In this document: in pieces, positions 51,233 through 61,127 of the stretch
How the letters are laid out: every line of letters starts with the position of its first letter
Numbering within the stretch: position 1 is the stretch's first letter
Source of the DNA: Acidimicrobiia bacterium
GTDB taxonomy: Bacteria > Actinomycetota > Acidimicrobiia > Spongiisociales > ZC4RG35
NCBI GenBank assembly: GCA_965215185.1
Contig: OZ244034.1
Coordinates: 352,001 to 416,000, forward strand
DNA: 64,000 nt
Direction of reading: 5' to 3'
Translations under genes and position numbers: made by a program
Notes under the pieces: model-generated
What the model saw: only the letters and a program-made list of their open reading frames with translations
Databases searched by the model: none
What the model was told of the DNA's origin: nothing

Positions 51233-52282
51233 ATGATGAGCAACGGCACAGGAATCATCCCTTCAGTCGTCTCCCATCCCGCCGATCCGGGTTCCACCGA
51301 CCGTCCGGAAACAGGGGAGGCAGTGTTGCACGGTTGGAGCGATGCCCAACTTCACGACATCTTCCGATCCATGTACACGATCCGACGGTTTGAAGTAACC
51401 ATGGAGCGGGCCCACCTCGCCGGTGAACTGTATGGTCCCTTTCACTCCTCAATGGGGCAGGAGGCCATTTCGGTGGGAGTTTGCGCGGCTCTCCGTAGTG
51501 ATGATGTGGTCACTTCGACTCACCGGGGGCATGGACACGCCATCGCCAAGGGCGCGCAACTCGGCCCGGTCTGTGCGGAGCTGTGGGGGAGGGCCACCGG
51601 TTACTGTGGAGGCAAAGGCGGATCGATGCACATCGTGAGCACCGAGCACGGGTTTATCGGCCAGAGTCCGATCATCGGGGGAAGCAGCCTGCTGGCCACC
51701 GGCGCCGCTCTTTCTTTTGATCTGACCGGGGACTCGCGGGTGGCCGTGGCGTTCTTGGGAGATGGCGCGGTGGGACAAGGCGTCTTCCATGAGACGCTCA
51801 ATCTGGCGGCCATTTGGCATCTTCCGGTGGTATTTGTGGTGGAGAACAACGGATACGCCCATTCATTCCGGGCGGATCAGATGCAGTTGAACCCCGACGT
51901 AGCCTCCCGGGCGGAAGGCTACGGGATAGCGGGGGTGGTCGTCGACGGTATTGATGTTTTTGCGGTTTACGCGGCTACCAGGAATGCGGTGGCTCGGGCG
52001 CGGGCGGGCAATGGTCCCACGCTGATAGAAGCCAAGTGCTACCGGTGGCGGGGACACAACCTAGGGGACGCCGAGCATCTGTACCGGGAGCGAGGAGAAG
52101 TGGAGGAGGCGCGAAGGAACGATCCGCTGGAAAGATTCCGTCGCGCCGCATCCGAGCGGGTGCCGTCCGCTATCTGGGCCGAAATCGAGGCGGCGGTGGA
52201 CAAAGAGATAGATGAGGCGGCCAGATTCGCCGCCGAATCCCCTTTTCCCGATCCGCAAACCGCGTTGGAGGGAAGTCTCTGA
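51233..52282 (+). CDS. TPP-dependent dehydrogenase E1 alpha (AcoA/PdhA-like)
   Basis: GQEA, THRGHGH, GKGGSMH, GDGA..ENN, YRWRGH. Confidence 0.92.
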   Translation: MMSNGTGIIPSVVSHPADPGSTDRPETGEAVLHGWSDAQLHDIFRSMYTIRRFEVTMERAHLAGELYGPFHSSMGQEAISVGVCAALRSDDVVTSTHRGHGHAIAKGAQLGPVCAELWGRATGYCGGKGGSMHIVSTEHGFIGQSPIIGGSSLLATGAALSFDLTGDSRVAVAFLGDGAVGQGVFHETLNLAAIWHLPVVFVVENNGYAHSFRADQMQLNPDVASRAEGYGIAGVVVDGIDVFAVYAATRNAVARARAGNGPTLIEAKCYRWRGHNLGDAEHLYRERGEVEEARRNDPLERFRRAASERVPSAIWAEIEAAVDKEIDEAARFAAESPFPDPQTALEGSL

Positions 52283-53274
52283 TGCGGGAGATCATGTTCA
52301 TCGAAGCAGTGCGGGAGGCACAGGCCGAAGCCTTGGTGGCTGATGACCGGGTGTTCGTGATGGGACAGGAGATCGGTTCCTACGGAGGGGTATTTCGGGC
52401 TACGCAGGATTTCGTCCGCCGGTTCGGTGATAAGCGGGTGCGGGACATGCCGATCGCCGAGCAGTCGATGCTGGGCGCGGGGGTGGGAGCGGCGGTGATG
52501 GGGATGCGTCCCATCGTTGAGGTCATGTTCATGGACTTTGTCGCCTGCGGGATGGACGCCATCGTCAACCACGCCGCCAAGATGCGTTACATGTCCGGTG
52601 ACCAGTTGCGGGTGCCGATGGTCATCCGCACCCAGGGGGGCTCCGGCACCCATCACGGGTCACAACACTCGCAGACTCTGGAGAGTTGGTTCCTGCACGT
52701 TCCTGGTTTGGCGGTGGTGGTGCCCTCCACTCCCCAGGATGTGAAGGGCCTTTTCAAGAGCTCGATAGATCTTGACCATCCGGTACTGTTTGTCGAACAC
52801 CGAGCTCTGTACCGGACCAAGGGAATGGTCACGGATCCGGTGGCGCCGATCCCGCTGGGAAGAGGGGTGATCCGACGCAATGGGCAGGACGTCACGGTGG
52901 CCACCATCGGAAAGTCTGTCCGGCAGGCGCTGACCGCGGCCCGGCAAATGGAAGAGGAAGGAATCTCGGTGGAGGTTATCGACCTTCGGACCCTGGTGCC
53001 CATGGATGTCGAGATCGTGTTGGAGTCGTTGTCCCGCACCCATCGGCTGGTAGTAGCCCACGAGGCTGTGGAGAGGGGAGGATGGGCCGGTGAGTTGGTC
53101 AGCCGGGTGGTCGCGGAGGGATTCGACGAACTCGACGCGCCTCCCCTGCGGGCGGGCAGCCGGGCGACGCCCATCCCGTTCGCCCGGGAGTTGGAGGCAG
53201 CCATGATATGCGATGAGAGACTGATCGCAAAGCGCATACGACAAAGCCTGGGAATGATGGAGTACTCAACATGA
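52282..53274 (+). CDS. TPP-dependent dehydrogenase E1 beta
   Basis: DMPIAE, GMRPIVE, SQHSQ, EVIDLRTLVP. Confidence 0.92.
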   Translation: MREIMFIEAVREAQAEALVADDRVFVMGQEIGSYGGVFRATQDFVRRFGDKRVRDMPIAEQSMLGAGVGAAVMGMRPIVEVMFMDFVACGMDAIVNHAAKMRYMSGDQLRVPMVIRTQGGSGTHHGSQHSQTLESWFLHVPGLAVVVPSTPQDVKGLFKSSIDLDHPVLFVEHRALYRTKGMVTDPVAPIPLGRGVIRRNGQDVTVATIGKSVRQALTAARQMEEEGISVEVIDLRTLVPMDVEIVLESLSRTHRLVVAHEAVERGGWAGELVSRVVAEGFDELDAPPLRAGSRATPIPFARELEAAMICDERLIAKRIRQSLGMMEYST

Positions 53275-55301
53275 GCAGGGCGGCGGTCGATATCGGGGGG
53301 ACCTTCACCGACGTGGTCACGGTGAACGAGTCCACTGGTGAACTGATTCAGGCCAAAGCCCTGACCACCTACCCCGATCCCACGCCAGGCTTTCTGACTG
53401 CGCTTGCCAAAGCCACCGATCGAGCCGACCTCGATACGGTCGGGTACGGGACCACCCTGGCCACCAACGCGGTATTGACCAAATCAGGCGCCAAGACGGC
53501 GTTGTTGACCACCGAGGGGTTCCGTGACGTCCTGGAGATCCGGCGCACCCACCGGTCCACCCTATTCGACATCTATGAAAAGATCCCCCCTCCCATCGTC
53601 CCTCGACCATTGCGGTTCGAGATCCCCGAAAGAACTGCTGCGGATGGCAGTGAGGTGACAGCGCTCGACGAGCGGGCGGTGCGGGCTGCGGCGGTGCGTA
53701 TGCGCCGGGCCGGGGTGGAGTCGATCGCGGTCTCCTACCTCTTTTCCTTCATGAACCCCGATCACGAGCTTCGCACCCGGGAGATACTGAGAGAAGAGTT
53801 GCCGGATCTGCGCGATGACATAACCATCTCATCGGAGGCGCTTCCCCTCCACCGCGAATACGAGCGGACCAGCACCACGGTGATGAACGCCTACCTGACT
53901 CCTTTGGTGCGCAGCTACTTCAGCCGGCTGCGGACCGAGCTTCAGGAGAGCAAGCTTTATGCATGGCTGCAGATGATGCAGTCCAACGGTGGTCTGGTGC
54001 GTCCCGAGCGGGCCGCCGCTTTTCCGATCCTGACTCTGTTGTCAGGGCCGGCCGGGGGAGTGATGGCGTCAGCCTATTTAGGACAGCTGTTGGGTGAGGC
54101 CCAGCTCCTCACCCTCGATATGGGAGGCACCAGTTGTGACGTGGCCGGCATAACGGACGGCGAACCGGACACGCGCCTGGATTTTGAGATTGGCGGCTAT
54201 GCGGTCTCGTATCCCACTTTAGACATCCACACCGTGGGCGCGGGTGGGGGGAGCATCGCCAAAGTCGATGATTTCGGAAGGATGTCGGTTGGTCCGGATT
54301 CGGCGGGCTCCGATCCGGGTCCGGCCTGTTACGGCCGGGGCGGAGATTTGCCCACCGTCACGGACGCCAACCTGTTGTTGGGTGTCTACGATCCCGATTT
54401 TCAGTTGGGAGGGGAGATATATCCGGACATCGATTTGGCCGCCCGAGCCATCGAAAGGCATGTTGGCAAACCGCTGGGTATTTCGGTGACCGAGGCGGCT
54501 GTGGGGATCGTGCGGCTGGTCAATGCCAACATGATGCACGCCCTGCGGACTGTCTCCATAGAGCGGGGCCGGGATCCCCGTGACTTCTCGCTGGTGCCCT
54601 TCGGTGGAGCCGGTCCCACTCACGGGGTGCACATCGCAGAGGAACTGGCGTTGCGCCGGGTGTTGATTCCCCCCATTCCAGGTTGCAACTCGGCGTTGGG
54701 AATCCTCTCCTCCGATGTCCGTCACGACTTGGTGGCAACTCTGCGAGCCCGCATGGTTCACCTGGATCCGTCCGACTTGGGAGAGGCTTTGTCGGTGATG
54801 GCGGGGGAAGCGGACCGGGAACTTGAACAGGACGGTATCCATCCCGAAAGCCGCAGCCTGCGGGCCAGTCTCGATATGCGCTACGCCGGTCAGGCCTATG
54901 AGATCAACGTGCCCCTCGCCTCGCTTTGTCCGGGTTCTGGCACGCTGGGCAGGGCGATCTCCGACTTCCACCTCGCCCACAAGACCCGCTATGGGCATGC
55001 CTTGGGCGATGATCTGGTCGACCTCGTGAACGTGAGGCTTACCGGTCTGGGCGCCACACCCAAGCCACTTCTGGGCGGCGCCGCCTCCACGTCGGGGGAG
55101 GCCGAACCCCGCTCGCATCGGAGGGTGGTTTCGGTCCGTGGAGAGTCAGCGGTGGTCCCCATCTATTACCGAGCCGATTTGCTCCCCGGACATACCCTGT
55201 CCACACCCTCGGTGATCCAGCAATTGGACTCCACCACCTACCTCCCGTTTGGTGAGGCCCGGGTGCATGCGACCGGCGCCATAGTGGTGGACTTGCCATG
55301 A
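53271..55301 (+). CDS. Hydantoinase A/oxoprolinase subunit
   Basis: DIGGTFTD, GTTLATNA, LSGPAGG, DMGGTS, PGPACYG. Confidence 0.92.
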   Translation: MSRAAVDIGGTFTDVVTVNESTGELIQAKALTTYPDPTPGFLTALAKATDRADLDTVGYGTTLATNAVLTKSGAKTALLTTEGFRDVLEIRRTHRSTLFDIYEKIPPPIVPRPLRFEIPERTAADGSEVTALDERAVRAAAVRMRRAGVESIAVSYLFSFMNPDHELRTREILREELPDLRDDITISSEALPLHREYERTSTTVMNAYLTPLVRSYFSRLRTELQESKLYAWLQMMQSNGGLVRPERAAAFPILTLLSGPAGGVMASAYLGQLLGEAQLLTLDMGGTSCDVAGITDGEPDTRLDFEIGGYAVSYPTLDIHTVGAGGGSIAKVDDFGRMSVGPDSAGSDPGPACYGRGGDLPTVTDANLLLGVYDPDFQLGGEIYPDIDLAARAIERHVGKPLGISVTEAAVGIVRLVNANMMHALRTVSIERGRDPRDFSLVPFGGAGPTHGVHIAEELALRRVLIPPIPGCNSALGILSSDVRHDLVATLRARMVHLDPSDLGEALSVMAGEADRELEQDGIHPESRSLRASLDMRYAGQAYEINVPLASLCPGSGTLGRAISDFHLAHKTRYGHALGDDLVDLVNVRLTGLGATPKPLLGGAASTSGEAEPRSHRRVVSVRGESAVVPIYYRADLLPGHTLSTPSVIQQLDSTTYLPFGEARVHATGAIVVDLP

Positions 55302-57067
55302 GTGGCTACCAGGTGGATCCCGTCACGGTTGAGGTGGTGACCAGCGGCTTGGCCGCCGGCGCCCGGGAGATGGGCATCACCATGCGTCAGACCTCCAGCT
55401 CGACGATCTTCAATGAGGGAAACGATTACTCCTGTGGGATCTTCAACGCTCAGACCGAGTTGGTGAGCCATGGTGAATTTCTTCCGATCCATCTCGGCTC
55501 CCTGCCCTACTCAGTGAAATACTCCATCGAAGAAGTGGGGGTCGATCGGTTCCGTCCGGGGGATTCGATCATCTTGAACGATCCCTTCCGCGGGGGTTCC
55601 CACCTGCCGGACGTAACGCTGGTCACTCCCATCTTCCACCAGGGCAAGCTGATCGGCTGGGGCGCCAACCGTGCTCACCATCTGGATGTGGGTGGAACGG
55701 TGCCGGGCAGCTTCTACGCTCAGGCGCGCGAGAATTACCAGGAGGGTCTGCGCATACCTCCGGTCAAGCTGATCAAAGAGGGGAAGGTCAACGAGGAGAT
55801 CATGGACATGATCCTGGCCAACGTGCGACTCCCCAAAAACATGCGGTCCGACCTGTTGAGCCAGGTTTCGGCCAATCTCACCGCTCGTAGGCGCTTGATC
55901 GAGTTGGTGGAGCGATATGGACTGGAAACCGTGGAGCGGTGCATGGCGATCGAGATGGACAACTCGGAGCGTCGTATCCGCTCGGTGATAGCCGGTTGGC
56001 CCGACGGCCGGTATTCCGCCGAGGATTCCATGGACAACGATGGGATCACCGATGTTCCCCGGACCGTGCGGGTAACGGTGGAGGTCCGCGGAGACGGGGT
56101 GGTGGTGGATTTCACCGGCACCGACTCACAGGTGGAGGGTCCGCTCAACAGCGTTTTGGGCTACACCGCCTCTGGTGTGTACATGACCATTCAGGCCGCC
56201 ACCGATCCCACCATTCCTCCCAACTCCGGTTGTTACCGTCCGATCCAGATCATCGCTCCCGAAGGCACGGTCGTCAACCCGCGCTTTCCGGCGGCCTGCA
56301 CCGGCGGCAACGAGATCGTCTCGATTATCCACAATGCGGTGTATCGGGCGCTGGCGGAGATCCCCCGCGACATACCCAATCCGGTTCTACTGATGGCGGC
56401 AGACCAGGGTTCTTCCAACAATCTATTTCTGAGCGGCTTCGGCGAAGATGGAGAACGGTTCGTTCTCTACGAGTATCCCGAAGGCGGGTGGGGCGGCGCA
56501 GAGGGCCGAGACGGTCAGAGCGCCATCTATTCGATCATCGGAAACACCTGGAACCTTCCGGTGGAGGCGATAGAGATGAAATATCCGCTCCGCATCGATC
56601 GCTACGAGCTTCGCCAGGACTCCGGGGGGCCTGGAAAGTGGCGCGGTGGGCTGTCGATTCGACGTGATTACCGGTTATTGGCCTCCTCGGGAGAGTTGTC
56701 GGTGCTCGGGAACCGGGTGCGAGTTCCTCCCTACGGGCTGTTCGGGGGCCATAGCGGCGGTGCGGCCCGGTACCGGCTGGACCCGGGAACCGACAATGAG
56801 CGACTGGCTGCGCCGGAGTTCGGCGCCAAGAAGTCGATGGTTCCCTTGGTGCGCAACCAGGTGGTCGGCCAGGAAACTGCTGGGGGCGGTGGATACGGCG
56901 ATCCGTTGGACCGGGATCCTCTGGCGGTGGTCCGCGATGTCGAGTATGGCTATGTCTCCCTCCAGAGCGCCTTGGAAAACTACGGGGTGGTAATCGATGA
57001 AGAGGGCGCACTTGATGAGGAAAGAACAGCAGCCCGCCGAGCGAGGCTGAGGGCGAGCCGCCAATGA
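55298..57067 (+). CDS. Hydantoinase B/oxoprolinase subunit
   Basis: VDPVTVEV, DYSCG, GGSHLPD, HHLDVGG, GGGGYGDP. Confidence 0.92.
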   Translation: MSGYQVDPVTVEVVTSGLAAGAREMGITMRQTSSSTIFNEGNDYSCGIFNAQTELVSHGEFLPIHLGSLPYSVKYSIEEVGVDRFRPGDSIILNDPFRGGSHLPDVTLVTPIFHQGKLIGWGANRAHHLDVGGTVPGSFYAQARENYQEGLRIPPVKLIKEGKVNEEIMDMILANVRLPKNMRSDLLSQVSANLTARRRLIELVERYGLETVERCMAIEMDNSERRIRSVIAGWPDGRYSAEDSMDNDGITDVPRTVRVTVEVRGDGVVVDFTGTDSQVEGPLNSVLGYTASGVYMTIQAATDPTIPPNSGCYRPIQIIAPEGTVVNPRFPAACTGGNEIVSIIHNAVYRALAEIPRDIPNPVLLMAADQGSSNNLFLSGFGEDGERFVLYEYPEGGWGGAEGRDGQSAIYSIIGNTWNLPVEAIEMKYPLRIDRYELRQDSGGPGKWRGGLSIRRDYRLLASSGELSVLGNRVRVPPYGLFGGHSGGAARYRLDPGTDNERLAAPEFGAKKSMVPLVRNQVVGQETAGGGGYGDPLDRDPLAVVRDVEYGYVSLQSALENYGVVIDEEGALDEERTAARRARLRASRQ

Positions 57068-58419
57068 AAGACACCGAGCCTCTGCGCAGAAAGGTTGAGG
57101 CCCTCTATCGGGAGCGGACCCCGGCCTCGCGGGCCGTCTGGGAACAAAGCAGTGGCGTCTTGCCGATGGGCGTCTCCGGCGCTGCCAAGTTCTATCCGCC
57201 TTATCCCGTGGCGCTGGCTTCGGGCCGAGGGGGGTGGGTGACCGATGTGGATGGCAATGAGTATGTCGATGTTCTCATGGGTGCCGGATCGTCCCTTCTC
57301 GGCCATTCCCATCCCGCGGTGGTGGACGCGGTGCGGGAGCAAATCGGTCGACTGGCCACCGTTCTGGCGCCCACTCCGATCGAGGCTCGTTTCGCAGTGC
57401 GGCTGCGAGAACTCATGCCATATCTGGAACGCATCCGCTTTGCCAACACCGGGTCCGAGGCAGTACGAACGGCTCTCCGCGCGGCGAGGGCCTTTACTGG
57501 TAAGACTCGCTATGGCAAATTCGAAGGGAACTATCACGGTTCGGATGACTACTTCCTGGTGTCGGGAGGGTCGCGGATCCTGGCAGGATCTCCTCACCGT
57601 CCGCAGCCGGTTTTCGACTCTGCCGGAGTTCCGGACCGCATCGCAGAGGAGGTCCTCTTACTTCCCTACAACGACACGGAGAACACGGTCTCTCTGATCT
57701 GCGAACATGCTTCCGAGTTGGCCGCGGTGGTAATGGAACCGATGGCGTTTTCCACCGGTGGGGCGGTGGTTGCCGACCGCCACTTCGCAAAGGCGGTCCG
57801 GGAGATCACCCGCAAACATGGCATCGTGTTGATCTTTGATGAGGTGGTGACCGGTCTCCGTTTGGGGACCGCCGGGGCACCCGGTTACCTGGGCGTGACG
57901 CCCGATCTTTCCTGTCTGGGGAAAGCTATCGGAGGGGGGCTGCCGCTCTCGGCGCTGGGTGGTCGGGCCGACATTATGGAAGCTGTGCTTGGCCCGTCGG
58001 CGCATGCCAGGGGAACCCGCATATTCCATTCGGGCACCTTCACCGGGAACCCGTTGTCCCTGGCCGCCGGTACGGCGGTGCTCGATGTCCTGGAGCGGGA
58101 GCCGGTGCTCGAACATATCGACTATCTGGGCGCCAGGTTGCTCTCCACCCTCCAGGAGGTCCTGGATGCTCACGGTATGGGCCATATGACCGGATACGGC
58201 TCCATTTTCCAATTGCACTTCACCGAGGCGCCGCCTCGTAACCGGCGGGAGATACTGGCCGGGGATCACGCCCTCTTGAGCGCGGTTTTGCTGGGTCTCT
58301 GCGCCCACGGGATACTGTGGCCACCCGTGCATCCAGGGGTGGTGTCCTACAGCCACACGGAGTCGGACATCGACCGGCTGGCCACGGCCCTGGACACGGT
58401 ATTGGGGATGGCATCTTGA
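57064..58419 (+). CDS. Class III aminotransferase (GSA-aminomutase-like), second copy
   Basis: DVDGNEYVD, GSEA, FEGNYHG, LIFDEVVTG, GKAIGGGLP. Confidence 0.9.
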   Translation: MKDTEPLRRKVEALYRERTPASRAVWEQSSGVLPMGVSGAAKFYPPYPVALASGRGGWVTDVDGNEYVDVLMGAGSSLLGHSHPAVVDAVREQIGRLATVLAPTPIEARFAVRLRELMPYLERIRFANTGSEAVRTALRAARAFTGKTRYGKFEGNYHGSDDYFLVSGGSRILAGSPHRPQPVFDSAGVPDRIAEEVLLLPYNDTENTVSLICEHASELAAVVMEPMAFSTGGAVVADRHFAKAVREITRKHGIVLIFDEVVTGLRLGTAGAPGYLGVTPDLSCLGKAIGGGLPLSALGGRADIMEAVLGPSAHARGTRIFHSGTFTGNPLSLAAGTAVLDVLEREPVLEHIDYLGARLLSTLQEVLDAHGMGHMTGYGSIFQLHFTEAPPRNRREILAGDHALLSAVLLGLCAHGILWPPVHPGVVSYSHTESDIDRLATALDTVLGMAS

Positions 58420-59168
58420 CTCGGGCCGGTCATTCCGGGGAGAGGAGGGTTGCCATCCTCACCGGTGCGGGACGGGGCATCGGCAAAGGTATCGCGGCGA
58501 TTTTGGCCGAACGGGGATACAACCTGGTCATCACTTCCCGCACCGGTGAGGATCTGGAGGGGACCAAGCAACTGGTGGAACAGGCGGGAGCTTCGGCGAC
58601 GATCGCGGTGGCCGACCTCAAAGATCGGGCGACCCCCTCCCGGCTCTTGCACACCGCTCTCGATCGATACGGTCGCCTGGATGGGCTCGTCAACAACGCG
58701 GCTGTCAATTTTTTCGCTCCGTTCTGGACCCAGCCCGACAGCAATCTCGACGAGATAATCGAGACCAACCTCACTGCGCCTTTCTTCCTGTGCCAGGCCG
58801 CGGCCAATTACTGGGTTGCCAACGGCCTGACCGGAGCGATCGTGAATATCAGTTCGGCAGAAGACACCATCGCCTATCCGGAGCAGGTTCCCTACGCCTG
58901 CTCGAAGGGAGGGCTCCTCTCAATGACCAAGGTTCTGGCTCTTGAATGGGGGCCGCTGGGGATCAGGGTGAACGCGGTTAGCCCCGGTTCGGTGGACACC
59001 GAAATGACCCCCGATGTCTATCGCAAAGAAGCCCCAAAGCTCATGCCGATCGGCAGGCTGGGCCGCCCGGAGGATATCGGAGCCTGTGTTTTCTTTCTGC
59101 TGAGCGACGACGCCGCCTTCGTGACCGGCACAGCCCTGTATGCCGACGGGGGGTACATGCTGCAATGA
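58416..59168 (+). CDS. Short-chain dehydrogenase/reductase
   Basis: TGAGRGIG, NNAA, YACSK, NAVSPG; TTG start inferred from stop overlap. Confidence 0.88.
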   Translation: MTRAGHSGERRVAILTGAGRGIGKGIAAILAERGYNLVITSRTGEDLEGTKQLVEQAGASATIAVADLKDRATPSRLLHTALDRYGRLDGLVNNAAVNFFAPFWTQPDSNLDEIIETNLTAPFFLCQAAANYWVANGLTGAIVNISSAEDTIAYPEQVPYACSKGGLLSMTKVLALEWGPLGIRVNAVSPGSVDTEMTPDVYRKEAPKLMPIGRLGRPEDIGACVFFLLSDDAAFVTGTALYADGGYMLQ

Positions 59169-59917
59169 GTGGGAAGCTGGCCGGAAAGCACGCCATCGTC
59201 ACGGGAGCCGCCTCGGGCATCGGAAGAGCCACCGCCATGAGGCTGGCGGCGGACGGCGCCAACACCTTCTGTGTGGATCGGGATGAGGCGGGTCTGGCGA
59301 AAGTGGTCGACATCCTGGGTCAGGGCCATATCGGATTCACCGCCGATCTGAGCCTCGCCTCGTCATGTGAGGAGGTAGTGGCAACGGCCCTGAAGCACTG
59401 GGACCACCGGATTCATATCCTGGTCAACGCCGCGGCGATCCTGATCCGTGAACCGACATTGCAGCATTCTAGGACTGCTTGGAATCTGACCTTCGACATC
59501 AACTTGAAGGCGCCGTTCCGTCTGTCCAGAGATGTGGTCGCATCCATGATCGAGGCTGGAATTCGCGGAGCGATAGTCAACCTGGGTTCCATCGAAGCAG
59601 TGCTCCCGGGACGCGGACATGCCGCTTACACCGCCTCCAAGGGAGCGATCACCATGCTGACTCGGTCGGCGGCCTTCGAGACTGCACCGTACGGGATCCG
59701 CGTCAACGCGGTGGCGCCGGGGGTTGTGGCCACCGGCATGAACGCCGATCTGCGGGAGGATCAGGAAAGCTGGGAGCAGATGCTGGCAGGCACCCCGATG
59801 GGCCGCCATGCCGAACCCGAGGAGATCGCCGCTGTTATAGCCTTCCTGGCATCCGACGACCCCAGCTTCGTAACCGGAGCGATCGTCACCGCTGACGGCG
59901 GCTGGACGCTTCATTGA
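59165..59917 (+). CDS. Short-chain dehydrogenase/reductase
   Basis: TGAASGIG, YTASK, NAVAPG, DGG. Confidence 0.9.
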   Translation: MSGKLAGKHAIVTGAASGIGRATAMRLAADGANTFCVDRDEAGLAKVVDILGQGHIGFTADLSLASSCEEVVATALKHWDHRIHILVNAAAILIREPTLQHSRTAWNLTFDINLKAPFRLSRDVVASMIEAGIRGAIVNLGSIEAVLPGRGHAAYTASKGAITMLTRSAAFETAPYGIRVNAVAPGVVATGMNADLREDQESWEQMLAGTPMGRHAEPEEIAAVIAFLASDDPSFVTGAIVTADGGWTLH

Positions 59918-59931
59918 TAAGGAGGGATGCG

Positions 59932-61086
59932 ATGGCAGAGGACATGCGACTGGTGAAGATGCCCCGGCTGGGTCAGGACATGGAAGAAGGGGTGATTGTG
60001 CAATGGCTCAAGTCGGTGGGAGATGAAGTCGGGGAGGGTGAGATCTTGGCGGTGATCGAGACCGACAAGGCCGAGGTGGCCTTCGAGGCGCCTTCGGGCG
60101 GCTACCTGGTGGCGGTGTTGATGGAGCCGGGGTCCACTGTCGCCACCGGCGAGCCGATCGCCTGGATCGCCGATGACCCTTCCGCTCAACCCCCTTCGGT
60201 CGAGTCCCAACTGGTCCCGAGCCCCACCGATCCGGCGCCCTCGGGGAATGCCACCCCCCGGCAGCAGGCGCCACCAGCTCCGCCCCCGCGTTCTCGCCGG
60301 AAGCCGGTCTCTCCGCTTGCCCGCCGAAAGGCAGGGGAGCTAGGGGTAGATCTGGAGGATGTGGAAGGCACGGGACCGGGTGGCAGGGTCACTGCCGATG
60401 ACGTATTGCTTGCCCATCGCAGCGCACAGGCGCAGGTCCGACAATCGGGTGAGCTGTCCCGCATGCGTCTGGCGATCGCCGCCCGCATGTCAAAGTCGGC
60501 CATGGTGCCCCAGTTTCAACTCATGCGGGAAATTGTTTTGGACAAGCTTGAACACACCGGCGATGGTCCGAAGGTCACTTACACGGATCTCCTCCTGTGG
60601 GCGACCGCCCAAGCCCTGGACCGGACCCCGGCGGTCAATTCCAGTTGGATCGAAGGAGACCCGCCCAGAATCCGAGTCCATCCCACCGTTAATCTCGGGT
60701 TCGCCATGGCGGTCGATGAAGGGTTGATCGTGCCGGTGATCCGGGACGCCGCCACTATGAGCCTTGCCCAAATAGCAGCGGCGCGTCGTCGTTTGGAAGG
60801 GGCGGTCCGCCAGGGAGGTCTGCGCCCCGAAGAATTGCAGGGCGCCACCTTCACGGTCTCCAACCTGGGGGGAGCGGGTGTGGACGAGTTCACGGCTCTG
60901 ATCAACCCACCGGAAGCGGGGATTCTGGCGGTGGGGGCCGTCAAACCCAGGCCCATAGTGTCGGACGGGGAACTGGTGGCGGCATTGACAGTGCGGCTCA
61001 CCCTGACCGGGGACCATCGGGTCTTCGACGGCATGGAGGGGGCCCGTTTCCTGGCCGCCATCGCCGGACGGCTGCAATCCTTTTAA
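59932..61086 (+). CDS. Dihydrolipoamide acyltransferase (E2)
   Basis: Lipoyl ETDKA, E3-binding SPLARR..GTGPGGR, TFTVSNLG, DHRVFDG. Confidence 0.92.
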   Translation: MAEDMRLVKMPRLGQDMEEGVIVQWLKSVGDEVGEGEILAVIETDKAEVAFEAPSGGYLVAVLMEPGSTVATGEPIAWIADDPSAQPPSVESQLVPSPTDPAPSGNATPRQQAPPAPPPRSRRKPVSPLARRKAGELGVDLEDVEGTGPGGRVTADDVLLAHRSAQAQVRQSGELSRMRLAIAARMSKSAMVPQFQLMREIVLDKLEHTGDGPKVTYTDLLLWATAQALDRTPAVNSSWIEGDPPRIRVHPTVNLGFAMAVDEGLIVPVIRDAATMSLAQIAAARRRLEGAVRQGGLRPEELQGATFTVSNLGGAGVDEFTALINPPEAGILAVGAVKPRPIVSDGELVAALTVRLTLTGDHRVFDGMEGARFLAAIAGRLQSF

Positions 61087-61127
61087 TACCCAAACCGCGA
61101 CATCAAGAACAACCATACGAAAGGGGC

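Noticed and set aside
48544-58419. Calling the two class III aminotransferases hemL
   Set aside because: Catabolic context and no other hem genes; only family-level similarity is supported
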